DNA from: a virus
Virus genome (UHGV): UHGV-1311884
DNA length: 49,120 bases
Reading direction: 5' to 3' (one strand)
This document shows positions 1 through 9,346 of this stretch, piece by piece. The position numbers and the translations under genes are program-made. The stretch's first letter is position 1, and the number at the start of each line of letters is the position of its first letter. The notes below the pieces were generated by a model. That model was given only the letters and a program-made list of their open reading frames with translations. It was not told the DNA's origin and searched no databases.

Positions 1-1239
1 TCCAATACCTACCGAGGCAGCCCTGGCAGCCGCAGCTGCTCGCGCAGAAGCTGTGGCCTGTGCAGTTTCAGCCTGTGCCAAAGCTAACGATGCTGCACTC
101 GCCCTTGATTTAGCGGCAATTAACGCATCCAGCGTCAGTATTTCGGCTGCGCTCCCCTTAGCTACGTTATATTCTGCCTGCGCTAAGGCCTGGGCAGATA
201 ATGCAGCCTCTTTGTCAGCTACTGACTTTCTCTTAACTGAGTTAGCAGCGATTAACGCAGATTGGGCTGATTGATTGTTAGCTGCTGCCTGACGTTGAGC
301 AGCCAAGGCGGATTGAATTTGCGAGGCAGCAGACATTGTCAACGCGCCAATATAGCGGCTTCCCATAATGGCCGCCGCAGCGGTTAATGCAGCGCTCAGA
401 ACACCTATATTCTCACTGGCAGTTACGACCGCATCATTGAAAATCGCAGCTCCAGTTTTTACTGTTGAGTTTTCGCCAAAGAATTTAGTTATGTTGTTAC
501 CAGCAACTTGTAAGGCTTGACTGATCGTCGTCGTGGTATTGGCAAATTCTTTTCCTATCGCCGCGCCCTGAGAAAGCAGACCATTTACCACCACATCGGT
601 GGTCAGCTTCCCTTGCGCAGCCATCGCGCGCAGTTCGCCAATACCAACCCCCAAAGAATCAGCCAAGGCAACCATGAGGCGGCTACCCTGCTCAGCAACT
701 GAGTTGAATTCTTCTCCTCTTAGCACGCCCGAGGCAATACCCTGTGATAGCTGGATGATGGCATTTTCAGCCTCTTGTGCTGTTGCGCCAGAAACGACAA
801 AACCCTGGTTAATTATCGTGGTTAGTTTTGCCAAATCTGCTGCTGAGGTATTGTACTGCCGAGTTCCTCTTTCCAGTCTTGCGTACAGCGTGGCGGTTGC
901 GTCAAGGCTACTTCTTGTAGACTGAGTGACATCAAAAACACGCTGCGTAACATCTGCTAACTGCTCTGTCGGCCTTACTGAGTTTGACAGTTTATTGTTA
1001 ACTGTTGCCCAAGCATCTGCATATTCTGAAACTTGCTTCACAGAAAGAGCGGCAGCCAAAGCAACAGCCACGCCTGACAGGCTGGACATAGAACGCTCAG
1101 TGTTGTTCACGGCGCGAGTAGTGCCGTCGAAACCGCGCTCCATCATATCCAGGCGTTGATTAACGCGCTGCTGTGCAACGAGAAGCCCTTGTACATCCAT
1201 CTCAATGTCGTAATAAATGCCGCCAGCGTTCTCTGCCAT
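1..1239 (-). CDS. Tail tape measure protein, N-terminal part. Start ATG is revcomp of 1237-1239; the ORF runs off the left window edge.
   Basis: Minus-strand translation from 1239: MAENAGGIYYDIEMDVQGLLVAQQRVNQRL...ATLYARLERGTRQYNTSAADLAKLTTIINQGFVVSGATAQEAENAIIQLSQGIASGVLRGEEFNSV. This is typical of the N-terminal tape-measure domain. RBS GGAGAAAGAT precedes the ATG. Ala/Gln-rich repeats follow. The plus-strand Ala-rich ORFs in the track are antisense artefacts. Confidence 0.8.
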   Translation of the reverse strand, partial: MAENAGGIYYDIEMDVQGLLVAQQRVNQRLDMMERGFDGTTRAVNNTERSMSSLSGVAVALAAALSVKQVSEYADAWATVNNKLSNSVRPTEQLADVTQRVFDVTQSTRSSLDATATLYARLERGTRQYNTSAADLAKLTTIINQGFVVSGATAQEAENAIIQLSQGIASGVLRGEEFNSVAEQGSRLMVALADSLGVGIGELRAMAAQGKLTTDVVVNGLLSQGAAIGKEFANTTTTISQALQVAGNNITKFFGENSTVKTGAAIFNDAVVTASENIGVLSAALTAAAAIMGSRYIGALTMSAASQIQSALAAQRQAAANNQSAQSALIAANSVKRKSVADKEAALSAQALAQAEYNVAKGSAAEILTLDALIAAKSRASAASLALAQAETAQATASARAAAAARAASVGIG

Positions 1240-1254
1240 ATCTTTCTCCGGACA

Positions 1255-1279
1255 ATAAAAAACCCACCTGGCGGTGGGT
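1255..1279 (-). terminator. Rho-independent terminator downstream of the 1297..2028 gene and just upstream of the tape-measure start.
   Basis: Minus-strand RNA ACCCACC-GCCA-GGUGGGU followed by a U6 run (plus-strand aaaaaacccacctggcggtgggt). Confidence 0.6.
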
Positions 1280-1296
1280 TCTAGCTAGAGTTTATA

Positions 1297-2028
1297 TTAT
1301 TTGTGATCTTCAAAGATAATATCTAAAACCTTTTTTGATACATCGAACTTGCTCATACCTATTTCACCATCAATAGGACGCTCGTAAGGCCACTTAGTGA
1401 AACGAGTTATAACCTTACTTTTTGATGAGAGTGAACTAATGATTTTTTGGGAGTCGTCGATAGAGAAAACACCATCATTGCCTGATTCAATAGGTTGATT
1501 ACCATCAATTCTTATGTATGATTTTGTGTTAGGAAAATGATCTGTTCCAATGGCAATTCGGTACCCATTTTTATCTCGTATAATGTATATATCCTTCTGA
1601 TAAACATAGCAATTATACTCATCAGTCATTGCATCCGTCTTACATCCAACTTGCCAGGATGATTTGTCACTGTAATCATCCCCTACTGTTCCAGAACCGC
1701 CTGATTGAAAAATTTTAACTTTCACTCCATCTATCTTGGATTCTTCTATGACATATAGAGTTGGTTTTTTGTTATCATCTAAATCAGACCATAAGTCACA
1801 GATTAAATTGCTATTATCAAATAATTTTTGCTTTTTAAAAGATGATTCTTTGATGTAAAAACCATCTCTTCCAGTAAAAGAATATGAACTGTCTTCATAT
1901 GAATTACATCCAATGCTTGAAACTCCAGGCTGTGACAACAACCATTTTTTATTCTTCTCGGTCATTTTGTCAGAACCAGAGACCACGCCAGACAGCACCA
2001 TCAATGCAGCCAATAAAATCTTCCTCAT
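1297..2028 (-). CDS. AT-rich moron: secreted or periplasmic protein of unknown function, with a signal peptide.
   Basis: Likely true start is MRKILLAALMVLSGVVSGS (signal-peptide-like); the track ORF starts further upstream. GC is clearly lower than the surrounding phage genes. It has its own terminator (1255-1279). Confidence 0.55.
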   Translation of the reverse strand: MRKILLAALMVLSGVVSGSDKMTEKNKKWLLSQPGVSSIGCNSYEDSSYSFTGRDGFYIKESSFKKQKLFDNSNLICDLWSDLDDNKKPTLYVIEESKIDGVKVKIFQSGGSGTVGDDYSDKSSWQVGCKTDAMTDEYNCYVYQKDIYIIRDKNGYRIAIGTDHFPNTKSYIRIDGNQPIESGNDGVFSIDDSQKIISSLSSKSKVITRFTKWPYERPIDGEIGMSKFDVSKKVLDIIFEDHK

Positions 2029-2123
2029 ATCCCTATCCCCATCAGTAAATGATGCGGCAATCGTAGCAGAGGGGAAGCGATACGACAAAACCCGCAGTTA
2101 AGCGGGTAGAAAAACATTAGGTC

Positions 2124-2597
2124 TTAACCTTCTTTTCTCGGAGGAGTTCGGCGGCCTATTACAAAGACTGTTGCAAGCCCAATAAGATCAAGCCCAATTA
2201 AAGTGCCAGCAAAAATGGTATTACCACGATAAGCAAAAACAGAGGCGATCCCAAGTATCACCAGTGTTATCGCAAAGCCCATCCACTGGCCTCTTTGGTC
2301 CCGACTTATGGTGCCCCTGATGGCCATATCCTGAGTGCTATGTCTGAATTTCTGCTCATTCTCCGCCATAGCAAAGAGTCGTTCCGCCCCTCCGGGGAGG
2401 ATCTCATCATAGCTCTGCATCACTTCAGGAGGAGGAAGAGGTCCGGAGTAATGAGTTTCATGCCTGACCATAGCCTGAAACTTCCCGCTACCAAGCAAGA
2501 CGTCGATGATTTCTGGATTTGCCTCCAGTTCCTTTTCTATCTTGCCGGCCTTTGCGACAACATTGTTATTGCTTTGCGGCTTCGGCTTTTGCTGCAT
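2124..2597 (-). CDS. Membrane protein with a C-terminal double TM segment (DUF2335-like motif PPEVMQSYDEILPGGAERLF).
   Basis: ORF translation; hydrophobic C-terminal 50 aa. Family assignment is from memory only. Confidence 0.4.
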   Translation of the reverse strand: MQQKPKPQSNNNVVAKAGKIEKELEANPEIIDVLLGSGKFQAMVRHETHYSGPLPPPEVMQSYDEILPGGAERLFAMAENEQKFRHSTQDMAIRGTISRDQRGQWMGFAITLVILGIASVFAYRGNTIFAGTLIGLDLIGLATVFVIGRRTPPRKEG

Positions 2598-2763
2598 TTG
2601 CTAATGTAATTGCGCGTCCAAAATCTCCACCAATGCGTCTGAAATCACTACGCAATGGATCGGTGCCAATGGCTCTTTTGGCGATTTTGACGTAATCGGT
2701 TGACGGAGCGATATCAAGAATGCTTCCGGCAGCGCGTAAGTAGCGGCGTACTGTTGCTTTCAT
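2566..2763 (-). CDS. Hypothetical small protein (65 aa).
   Basis: ORF lies in the same orientation within the tail-region accessory cluster. No recognisable motif. Confidence 0.25.
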   Translation of the reverse strand: MKATVRRYLRAAGSILDIAPSTDYVKIAKRAIGTDPLRSDFRRIGGDFGRAITLANAAKAEAAKQ

Positions 2764-2862
2764 GCTTCCTCCGATAGTTGAATGGGATATAAATGAATAC
2801 CTGTTTCAACCGAGTATACAACCGAGGTTGTGGAGGATCAACGCGATGTTGCTTTATTGCAA

Positions 2863-3165
2863 CTAAGCCTGTTTCTGGCGCTTTGCACCGTGCCACTCAT
2901 GAAGCACCTTACCGTCATTTGACATGAGGGTTGCAACGTCTGATTCGTCAAGAAAAAGGAAGCCTTCTAGATCACTGTGATGCGATGGTTTCCAGTGTGG
3001 TGTCCGCCATGATATCGCTGGTTGTTCGCCCTCATAGCGACCAGACCTTACCCCGAATGAGGCTTCTACAACCTCGATAGTGGACTGAGTCATGCCGCCA
3101 TGCATCGTCCGGCCTGAATTCAAGGTGATATGAAGATACATGATCATCTCCAGATGAAAGCCCAC
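2863..3165 (-). CDS. Hypothetical protein (100 aa or shorter; internal Met starts are possible).
   Basis: ORF track only. Confidence 0.25.
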   Translation of the reverse strand: MGFHLEMIMYLHITLNSGRTMHGGMTQSTIEVVEASFGVRSGRYEGEQPAISWRTPHWKPSHHSDLEGFLFLDESDVATLMSNDGKVLHEWHGAKRQKQA

Positions 3166-3185
3166 CGTGGCGGGCTATTCCAAAT

Positions 3186-3698
3186 TTATGCGATACCTGG
3201 CAAATACAACTGCACTTCATCGGCAGCACGATCGCGCGCAGCATGGAGCAATTGCTTACGTCCGCCGACTCCCCATTTCGCCATCTGGCTAGCACACTGG
3301 CTAATCGCTTTGGTTTCAGTGTTGATGATATGGTCGATTTTGTTCAGCCGTGACATAGCGTCAATGCCATGACGGATTAGCATCTGGAATGTCTCGTATA
3401 CCTTTATCTCGAATAAGGGGTTAAGCCACGCAGCATAACGAATGGCAATTAATTCGAGCCCCCATGACCCCTGAAGCGGTCCACCTTTGATGGTTAACAC
3501 CGATGCGATTTTCTTCGCATCGCTCAGGGCCTGCACAAACCGCCTTACTTGCTTTGTTTTAAGGAATTCACCGGGTCGCTGTGATTCGGTGGCTTTGCCT
3601 TCCGCCACAGCCGCAGCATGTAGATCGTTCAGGTTGTAGCGACCTGCGCCATCTACGCGAACGGAGACGCCGTTCACTGATACAGTTGGATATTTCAT
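3186..3698 (-). CDS. KilA-N domain protein (DNA-binding; often annotated as antirepressor-like).
   Basis: N-terminus MKYPTVSVNGVSVRVDGAGRYNLNDLHAAAVAEGK...RPGEFLKTKQVRRFVQAL matches the KilA-N/APSES-type fold motif as I remember it. Confidence 0.55.
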   Translation of the reverse strand: MKYPTVSVNGVSVRVDGAGRYNLNDLHAAAVAEGKATESQRPGEFLKTKQVRRFVQALSDAKKIASVLTIKGGPLQGSWGLELIAIRYAAWLNPLFEIKVYETFQMLIRHGIDAMSRLNKIDHIINTETKAISQCASQMAKWGVGGRKQLLHAARDRAADEVQLYLPGIA

Positions 3699-3871
3699 AT
3701 CGGTTTACCTTTTAGTGATGAACCTTGTCGCACAGGAAACCGGCCCACAGAAGGCACCGACAGCCGCCGGCATCCTCAAGGGTCATCCTGAAAGGTTCTG
3801 TGTTAAATGCGCGTGCGAGGCGCGTCAGAAGTGAGTAGGCATTAGCCGATCACGAACAGACAGATGTAAAA

Positions 3872-3900
3872 AAGCCCCGCGTTTGCGAGGCTGATATTCG
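3872..3900 (-). terminator. Putative terminator after the 3914..4627 gene.
   Basis: Plus-strand aaaaaagccccgcgtttgcgaggc. On the minus strand this gives an imperfect GC-rich hairpin followed by a U6 run. Confidence 0.35.
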
Positions 3901-3913
3901 GTTAGTGCTGGGG

Positions 3914-4627
3914 TTAAATCTTCGTGGGGGTTGTCCTGGACTGCTCCTGTTGCATCATCGCCTGCCACCGGCGATCGTCTTCGTCCATCACCGTGTCATA
4001 CTCTTCGCGCGTAAAGCCTTTCTGGTTCGGGTATTTGGCGTTGAGCATCAGGGAAAACTCAGTCATGGTCAGGTTTTCGGCCTCCTCCCGGCTTATGCCG
4101 AAGTGGTTACGAGCTGCCATGATGTAGTCAGCGGCGCGAAACTCTGAGGTGGTCTCGTTCGTTTCGTAGCGCTGCAGCTTGCGCACCTTCGCTTTTCCGA
4201 CGATGCCGTGCATCATCAGGTTTTGCGCGACGATGATCATGCTCTCCGGCGGCATGCTGCCAGGGCGCCAGACAAAGCCACGCTTACGGGTCTTTCCCGG
4301 CTTCATCCAACCAACCAGATCACCGATATCGTCGTCGCAGCACGCAGTCATTACCGCATGGGCGGCCATGATGGCTTTGCGGGTCAACAACCCACTCTGG
4401 ATGTATCGCAGCACGCAATCGGGGAGGCGGCTGTACTCGTTTCGGATATAGGCCTGAGCAGCGCGTTGCACTAATGGCGTCGCCTCATCGTTGCACAGGT
4501 CATAGAACGTTTGAACGATTTCGGCAGGCTCACCGATTCGCGCCATGTTGCGAAACGAAGGCCGGAAAAAGAATTCCCGGTCATCGGTACCGATAACGCA
4601 TTCACCTAATTCTTTAATGGGGGTCAT
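3914..4627 (-). CDS. Phage tail-region protein. It may be a tail assembly chaperone, but this is uncertain.
   Basis: It sits between the major tail protein and the tape measure, as lambda G/GT does. No motif recognised. Confidence 0.3.
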   Translation of the reverse strand: MTPIKELGECVIGTDDREFFFRPSFRNMARIGEPAEIVQTFYDLCNDEATPLVQRAAQAYIRNEYSRLPDCVLRYIQSGLLTRKAIMAAHAVMTACCDDDIGDLVGWMKPGKTRKRGFVWRPGSMPPESMIIVAQNLMMHGIVGKAKVRKLQRYETNETTSEFRAADYIMAARNHFGISREEAENLTMTEFSLMLNAKYPNQKGFTREEYDTVMDEDDRRWQAMMQQEQSRTTPTKI

Positions 4628-4686
4628 AGTCGCTCCATAAACAGTATCAAGGGCGCAGAACGCCCTTTGTACTATTCACGACGTGG

Positions 4687-5451
4687 TTAGCTGATGGTCA
4701 CCGTGCACGCAACGGACGTGATTTTCACAGGCGTTGATGCAGAATCGGTGACTTCGCAGGTGTAAACGCCTGCATCACCGGAAACAGCGCTGGCCTTATT
4801 GAACGTCGCCGTTGTTTGCCCGCTGACGACAGACCCGTCCTTCTTCCACACATAGGTGTAAGGCGAGGTACCGCCATCGACCGCTACCGACATATTAAGG
4901 GCTGAGCCAGCGGCTACTGTCTTGGTTGCGGTCAGGTTCGTGGTGAATGCCAGCGCTGGGCCAGCTACTTCAAACACGACGGTATCTGCATCGTAGACTT
5001 TCCACTCACCGGAGAAGGTGGAAATGTCGGACGTACCGAAATCGCCAGACCATGAGGTTGTGTTGAAATACCCCATGACATAGGTCCCGGCATCCTCGCC
5101 AACAAAGTCGAAGCGTACCCACAGCGTCGGCTGGCGACCAGCCTGCACTTCATCGAAAATATATTTCGAGATAGTAATGGCACCGATCTCAGTCGTTTTA
5201 TCCTGCTTACGGAATTCACCTTCACCGGAGATGGTGAAGTCCATGTTGTTGACCAGGTTCTCAACCAGACCTTTCGTATCGTCAGCTTCGGAAGTGACGG
5301 TATTCATGGAGTAGTCGAAGCCTTTGGTTGTTAGCGCCCCCAGGCGTTTCCATTCGGAAAGGGCCGGAGCGGTATCAGCACAGCCCATAGCCATGCGTAG
5401 CACGGCCACCTTACCAATCAGCTTGCCGGTATCATTAGCACAGCCTTGCAT
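4687..5451 (-). CDS. Major tail protein with a C-terminal Ig-like (Big_2-type) domain.
   Basis: The C-terminal TATKTVAAGSALNMSVAVDGGTSPYTYVWKKDGSVVSGQTTATFNKASAVSGDAGVYTCEVTD is a classic Ig-like domain of lambda V-like tail tube proteins. Position is upstream of the chaperone and tape measure. Confidence 0.7.
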   Translation of the reverse strand: MQGCANDTGKLIGKVAVLRMAMGCADTAPALSEWKRLGALTTKGFDYSMNTVTSEADDTKGLVENLVNNMDFTISGEGEFRKQDKTTEIGAITISKYIFDEVQAGRQPTLWVRFDFVGEDAGTYVMGYFNTTSWSGDFGTSDISTFSGEWKVYDADTVVFEVAGPALAFTTNLTATKTVAAGSALNMSVAVDGGTSPYTYVWKKDGSVVSGQTTATFNKASAVSGDAGVYTCEVTDSASTPVKITSVACTVTIS

Positions 5452-5461
5452 GTGTACCTCT

Positions 5462-5492
5462 CAAATAAAAAAGGCCGCCAGATGGCAGCCTG
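5462..5492 (-). terminator. Hairpin plus U-run between the 5511..5732 gene and the major tail gene (attenuator or terminator).
   Basis: Minus-strand GGCUGCC-AUCU-GGCGGCC followed by UUUUUUAUUU (plus-strand aataaaaaaggccgccagatggcagcc). Confidence 0.4.
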
Positions 5493-5510
5493 ATGGGTGA
5501 TTGTGGCGGT

Positions 5511-5732
5511 TTAAGCCGCTCTGGCCTCTATCCGCAGAGTGTTTAGCGAGAGCTCTCTACGATGCGCCGCATTAGAAGTGTCTTTGTCAGACGTCGTCAG
5601 CATTCGGTCATGAGCAATTAGCCCGGCAGTTCTGGCGGCAAGCCTTTCTCGTTTTCGAACAATTACATCCGCATATTCGTAATGAATTCTCAGCACTTTC
5701 TGTGCATAGGATGCATCGAAGGGATAAATCAT
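5511..5732 (-). CDS. Hypothetical small structural-module protein.
   Basis: ORF in an operon context. Confidence 0.3.
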   Translation of the reverse strand: MIYPFDASYAQKVLRIHYEYADVIVRKRERLAARTAGLIAHDRMLTTSDKDTSNAAHRRELSLNTLRIEARAA

Positions 5733-5734
5733 GG

Positions 5735-6118
5735 TTACTCTCCGTACGTGCAGGAGACGAGCAGCCGGGTAACTAACCGGCCCTCTTCGGTTGGTATTGC
5801 TGCCGGAACATTACCGACAAGCCGCAGCGCGCCAACGCAATCATCGGCGCCGGATTGCGCGCTGATATAATCGACAATGGCGTTTACCGCGGCGTCAGCA
5901 GCATCGGGATTGGCTTTCGAGGAAACAACGTCGACCATCACATACCAGTCACCGCCAAGGTCGTAGGTGATATCAGTGCCGCCGGATGGTCTGAACACTA
6001 TGAACTGGTCGGCATCCTTGCCAGAGTCCTTCCACTGCCGCCACTGCACCTTGAAGCCAGCAGTGAGCCCTTCAGCCACAAACAGGTCTCTCAGGCGCAA
6101 ATACATCGGAGGTGTCAT
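5735..6118 (-). CDS. Head-tail joining or tail completion protein (by position).
   Basis: Translationally coupled string of about 120-aa ORFs between the capsid and major tail genes. Confidence 0.4.
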   Translation of the reverse strand: MTPPMYLRLRDLFVAEGLTAGFKVQWRQWKDSGKDADQFIVFRPSGGTDITYDLGGDWYVMVDVVSSKANPDAADAAVNAIVDYISAQSGADDCVGALRLVGNVPAAIPTEEGRLVTRLLVSCTYGE

Positions 6119-6483
6119 AGCGAAAGCTCCTTCTTAACTACAGCATCTATCTGGCTACGGGTATCCTCGAAGCCCTTCGTTAAGAACTCTTTCCGCGCCG
6201 TTGCTCGCCTAAAGTTTTGAGGAATGTTTGGGTCATGTACGTAGGTAGCATAAGACGCCGTATAGCCAACACGACCGGTCACTCGTACACCGTTAGCAGT
6301 GATTTCCCTGTATTGGCTATTGATGAGCGTCGACGTGTCGATCGGGGTATAAAGCGCGGCCTGCGCGCTGCCGATAAGCATCGCAGACTGGATTGCCCGC
6401 ACGACTTTACGCCCCTGGACGTCTCTGATGATGCGATCGAGGTTGGCCTTGGCCTGGCGGATACCGCGAACTTTAACGCCCAT
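6115..6483 (-). CDS. Head-tail joining protein (by position).
   Basis: Same as above; start overlaps the preceding stop. Confidence 0.4.
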   Translation of the reverse strand: MGVKVRGIRQAKANLDRIIRDVQGRKVVRAIQSAMLIGSAQAALYTPIDTSTLINSQYREITANGVRVTGRVGYTASYATYVHDPNIPQNFRRATARKEFLTKGFEDTRSQIDAVVKKELSL

Positions 6484-6485
6484 AA

Positions 6486-6848
6486 TCAGACTCCCGTAAT
6501 CAGTGCGAAATCGTCCGCCAGTCGCTCGAACGTATCTGCGAACTGGACGATCTGCCGAATCTCATCGGCCTCATCCGGCGGAGCCGCATCGGTCGACGAG
6601 CCAATCAGGATGTAATCTCCCTCCCGCGCCGTTGCATGCTCGGTCCATATCGTGTTTTTAACCACAAGCTCCCGGCCAAGGTCACCGATTTTCGCAGAGA
6701 GGCCGCCCTGATAGTCGCAGAGGATAGAGATCGGTTCTTCCCATCCATACGGCTGACCTCCGCCGTCGGTATCACTACCGTCAGCATCGCGTATGCGCCG
6801 CCAGATTGTCGCCGTCGCGGTGTATGACCAATTCGCGGTTGCCGACAT
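6486..6848 (-). CDS. Head-tail adaptor or connector protein (by position).
   Basis: Same as above. Confidence 0.4.
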   Translation of the reverse strand: MSATANWSYTATATIWRRIRDADGSDTDGGGQPYGWEEPISILCDYQGGLSAKIGDLGRELVVKNTIWTEHATAREGDYILIGSSTDAAPPDEADEIRQIVQFADTFERLADDFALITGV

Positions 6849-7020
6849 CAGTCATCCCTCCATCGCAGCACAACAGCACCTGTGGCGCGTATGCGGTCGC
6901 AGTTGATGAACCACTCACCGCCGCTTTTTACGTACGCCGTCGTTTGCTGTCCGGTATCGGTGATCACCCACACCCGGGAGAACCTCCGCGGAAGTCGTTG
7001 CTGCACTGAAACCCACACCA

Positions 7021-7401
7021 TCAGCAGCCCCCTACCACCATGAAGAGGCCGACGTTGTTGCCAGCGCTGATAGGGAGTTCACTGGTGCAGCCACTGGTAT
7101 CCAGTTTCGCCAGAGAGTCACGCAGCCAGGTAATGCCGTCATCTCCGTAGTCGAACGAGCGCGACGCTCCTGATGGCGCCCCCTGCGATTTTATTCGCCG
7201 GGCACCGGACGACGTCGCCATGAGCGCAGCGGCATACATCAGGATCAGCTTCGCGGTGCACTCGTCATACCCCGCGCCATCAAGGCACGGGATAATCTTG
7301 TTCACCACGCATAGAATCGGATCCAGCAGCGCGCCGGGAATGGAATAACCCAATTCACCGAGGAACGCCTGCACGTCTGCCGCTGTGATTGGGTCAGCCA
7401 T
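7021..7401 (-). CDS. Head completion or connector protein (by position).
   Basis: ORF in the structural operon. Confidence 0.35.
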   Translation of the reverse strand: MADPITAADVQAFLGELGYSIPGALLDPILCVVNKIIPCLDGAGYDECTAKLILMYAAALMATSSGARRIKSQGAPSGASRSFDYGDDGITWLRDSLAKLDTSGCTSELPISAGNNVGLFMVVGGC

Positions 7402-7403
7402 GG

Positions 7404-7805
7404 TTATTTCGCCTTCTTGGTTGCTTCCGCCAGTGCCGCTTCAGCTTCGTCAGCGCGCTTTGTTTCAGCGCCAAGCTTAACTGCACTTTCCTGCTTCAGC
7501 TGCTCAATCACTTCGGCATGCTCTTTATCCTTAGCCTCAATTTCAGATCTGGCCTGCTCCAGCTGAGACAGCGCCTCATTGAGTTTTGACTGCAAATCGG
7601 ATGTACTGGCTGCCACAGGCGCAGATGGTGTCGCCACTTCAAAGACAAGCTTTTCACCCTTCTTCTCGGTGGATTTCTCAACCTTGCCCTGCTCAATCCA
7701 CTTTTCAGCGATCGAGTCATCGACGTCATAAACCTGTCCAGCCTCCAGTTTTTGAAGGCTGGCACCGGCAAAGAGGTTTGCTACCAATACCTTTACGAGT
7801 GCCAT
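7404..7805 (-). CDS. Structural protein with a coiled-coil C-terminal half (possible decoration or scaffold-like protein).
   Basis: The sequence LQSKLNEALSQLEQARSEIEAKDKEHAEVIEQLKQE follows the major capsid gene. Confidence 0.4.
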   Translation of the reverse strand: MALVKVLVANLFAGASLQKLEAGQVYDVDDSIAEKWIEQGKVEKSTEKKGEKLVFEVATPSAPVAASTSDLQSKLNEALSQLEQARSEIEAKDKEHAEVIEQLKQESAVKLGAETKRADEAEAALAEATKKAK

Positions 7806-7814
7806 GTTGTTTCC

Positions 7815-8891
7815 TTAGCTCGAAGCGTGAATAACAGAGTAGTGACCGTTGATGTCCTGTTTGACCATCAAGCCAGCAGCACCCCAGGTACGCCAAACGT
7901 AATCTGAGTTATAGAACTGACGCGGATCAGCGACGGTGCCGAACGCCTGGCCGACGATAGGAGCAATCACGCCAGCCTGCAGCGGCAAAATTACGATTTC
8001 GTTACCGGTCAGCTCAGCATCTTCTTTGATTGCCGCGATGCCTGACAGTTTGGAGATCTCTTCCAACACGGTGCGGAGAGAGTTCACATCGAAGTACTGT
8101 TCCCAGTTGGACATGATTTCGCTGGAGACGTACCACGTCTGCTGGCCGTACTGCATGTTTTGCAGCTTGAGGACGTCACGGAGGGCGATCGCCGCGGCAC
8201 GCATGGCTTTCGGGTCAGTGCTGGTTGCGAAGTTAACGGTCAGTGTCACCTGCGCCACACGCTCATCGTGACGCAAACCCTTCCAGGTCTTTTCATCGAA
8301 TTTGATGTAGTTACCGGCCGCATCGCGGAAACCTTCCCAGATGTAGTCGACATACTGGCGACGTACGTCATCGACAGAGCCAGCCTGAGCGTCAGCCAGG
8401 GATGAGAGCGCAGAGCCTTTATTGAATACCGGATCACGCCAGTTAAACTTAAAGCCGCTGTCGTGGATCGGCACCATAGTGCCATCGAAGGTGTAAGACT
8501 TCGCATCCAGCGCAGCACCAATCTGACCTGACATTGAGGTGTGCGCCCAGCCACGGCCGCCGGTGCGAGCGTATTCGTACACAGACTCCTCAAGACGAAC
8601 AGAACGAGACAGCGGCATCAGGTCGTTCAGCAGCGTGAATTCAGTGTTCGGCTCAAACTGCTTGAGCACAGTCTGGTCATAGGCCTTGTACAAACGGCGG
8701 ATGTCGTCGACTGCGTTTACTGCATCCAGTACCGGGGCATTTGCCGCTTCACCGCGAACACGGGTACGAGCAATAAAGTCTGCCACGGCCTGAGCGCTGG
8801 AATTACGAGCGAACGTCAGCTCATTGAACTGAGCCATGTTGGCTTCGAGGTTCCCGGTTTCGGTCGCCTGCTTAGTGGAGAATACAAACAT
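7815..8891 (-). CDS. Major capsid protein (DUF2184-like family).
   Basis: A roughly 340-aa ORF immediately downstream of the DUF2213 protease/scaffold and DUF2190 genes. This trio is a conserved head module. The true start may be the internal MAQFNELTF. Confidence 0.6.
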   Translation of the reverse strand: MFVFSTKQATETGNLEANMAQFNELTFARNSSAQAVADFIARTRVRGEAANAPVLDAVNAVDDIRRLYKAYDQTVLKQFEPNTEFTLLNDLMPLSRSVRLEESVYEYARTGGRGWAHTSMSGQIGAALDAKSYTFDGTMVPIHDSGFKFNWRDPVFNKGSALSSLADAQAGSVDDVRRQYVDYIWEGFRDAAGNYIKFDEKTWKGLRHDERVAQVTLTVNFATSTDPKAMRAAAIALRDVLKLQNMQYGQQTWYVSSEIMSNWEQYFDVNSLRTVLEEISKLSGIAAIKEDAELTGNEIVILPLQAGVIAPIVGQAFGTVADPRQFYNSDYVWRTWGAAGLMVKQDINGHYSVIHASS

Positions 8892-8902
8892 TCAGGTGCT
8901 CC

Positions 8903-9343
8903 TTATTTAATGACCACGCGCAGGAGGTCACCTGCCGTTGCAATGGTGTATGAGCGGTCTTCTTCTACGTAGCAGCGGACCGATTCATCAGTGCCAGCAG
9001 CTTTAACGCGACCGTTGGCCACAGAGAGCGGCTGCCCTTTTGTGTAGGTACCTGCTGCTGCTGGCACGTTGAAGAAAACGCCTGGAGTTGGGTGGAAGGC
9101 AACAACCCAGTCACCAGCCTTGATGACGTCGTCTACCGTTTTGCAACGCAGGTAGTCATAGTTGGCTACGTAGAGGATCGCAGCTTCATTGCCATCCACA
9201 GATGCGGTGAATTTCTTCGTGGTGTTGTCGAAGAAACCAATCGTTCCGGGGGGCGTATCAGCGGCTGCAGCACCTTCACGGTGAAGTTGTGGGTTCGCGA
9301 AGATACCGCCCGCATGAATTACGTGTTTTCCGTCTTTAGCCAT
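8903..9343 (-). CDS. DUF2190-like head protein (putative decoration or structural protein).
   Basis: 146 aa; lies between the protease/scaffold and capsid genes. Confidence 0.45.
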   Translation of the reverse strand: MAKDGKHVIHAGGIFANPQLHREGAAAADTPPGTIGFFDNTTKKFTASVDGNEAAILYVANYDYLRCKTVDDVIKAGDWVVAFHPTPGVFFNVPAAAGTYTKGQPLSVANGRVKAAGTDESVRCYVEEDRSYTIATAGDLLRVVIK

Positions 9344-9346
9344 TTT

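Noticed and set aside
53-1159. Plus-strand ORFs (73-108 aa; Ala/Ser-rich) at the left edge.
   Set aside because: They are antisense reading frames of the minus-strand tape-measure gene. Their composition (poly-Ala/Ser) mirrors the Ala/Gln-rich sense frame, and there is no RBS.
3905-4474. Plus-strand ORFs (67-90 aa) opposite the 3914..4627 gene.
   Set aside because: They are antisense to a longer, better-supported minus-strand ORF within a uniformly minus-strand operon.
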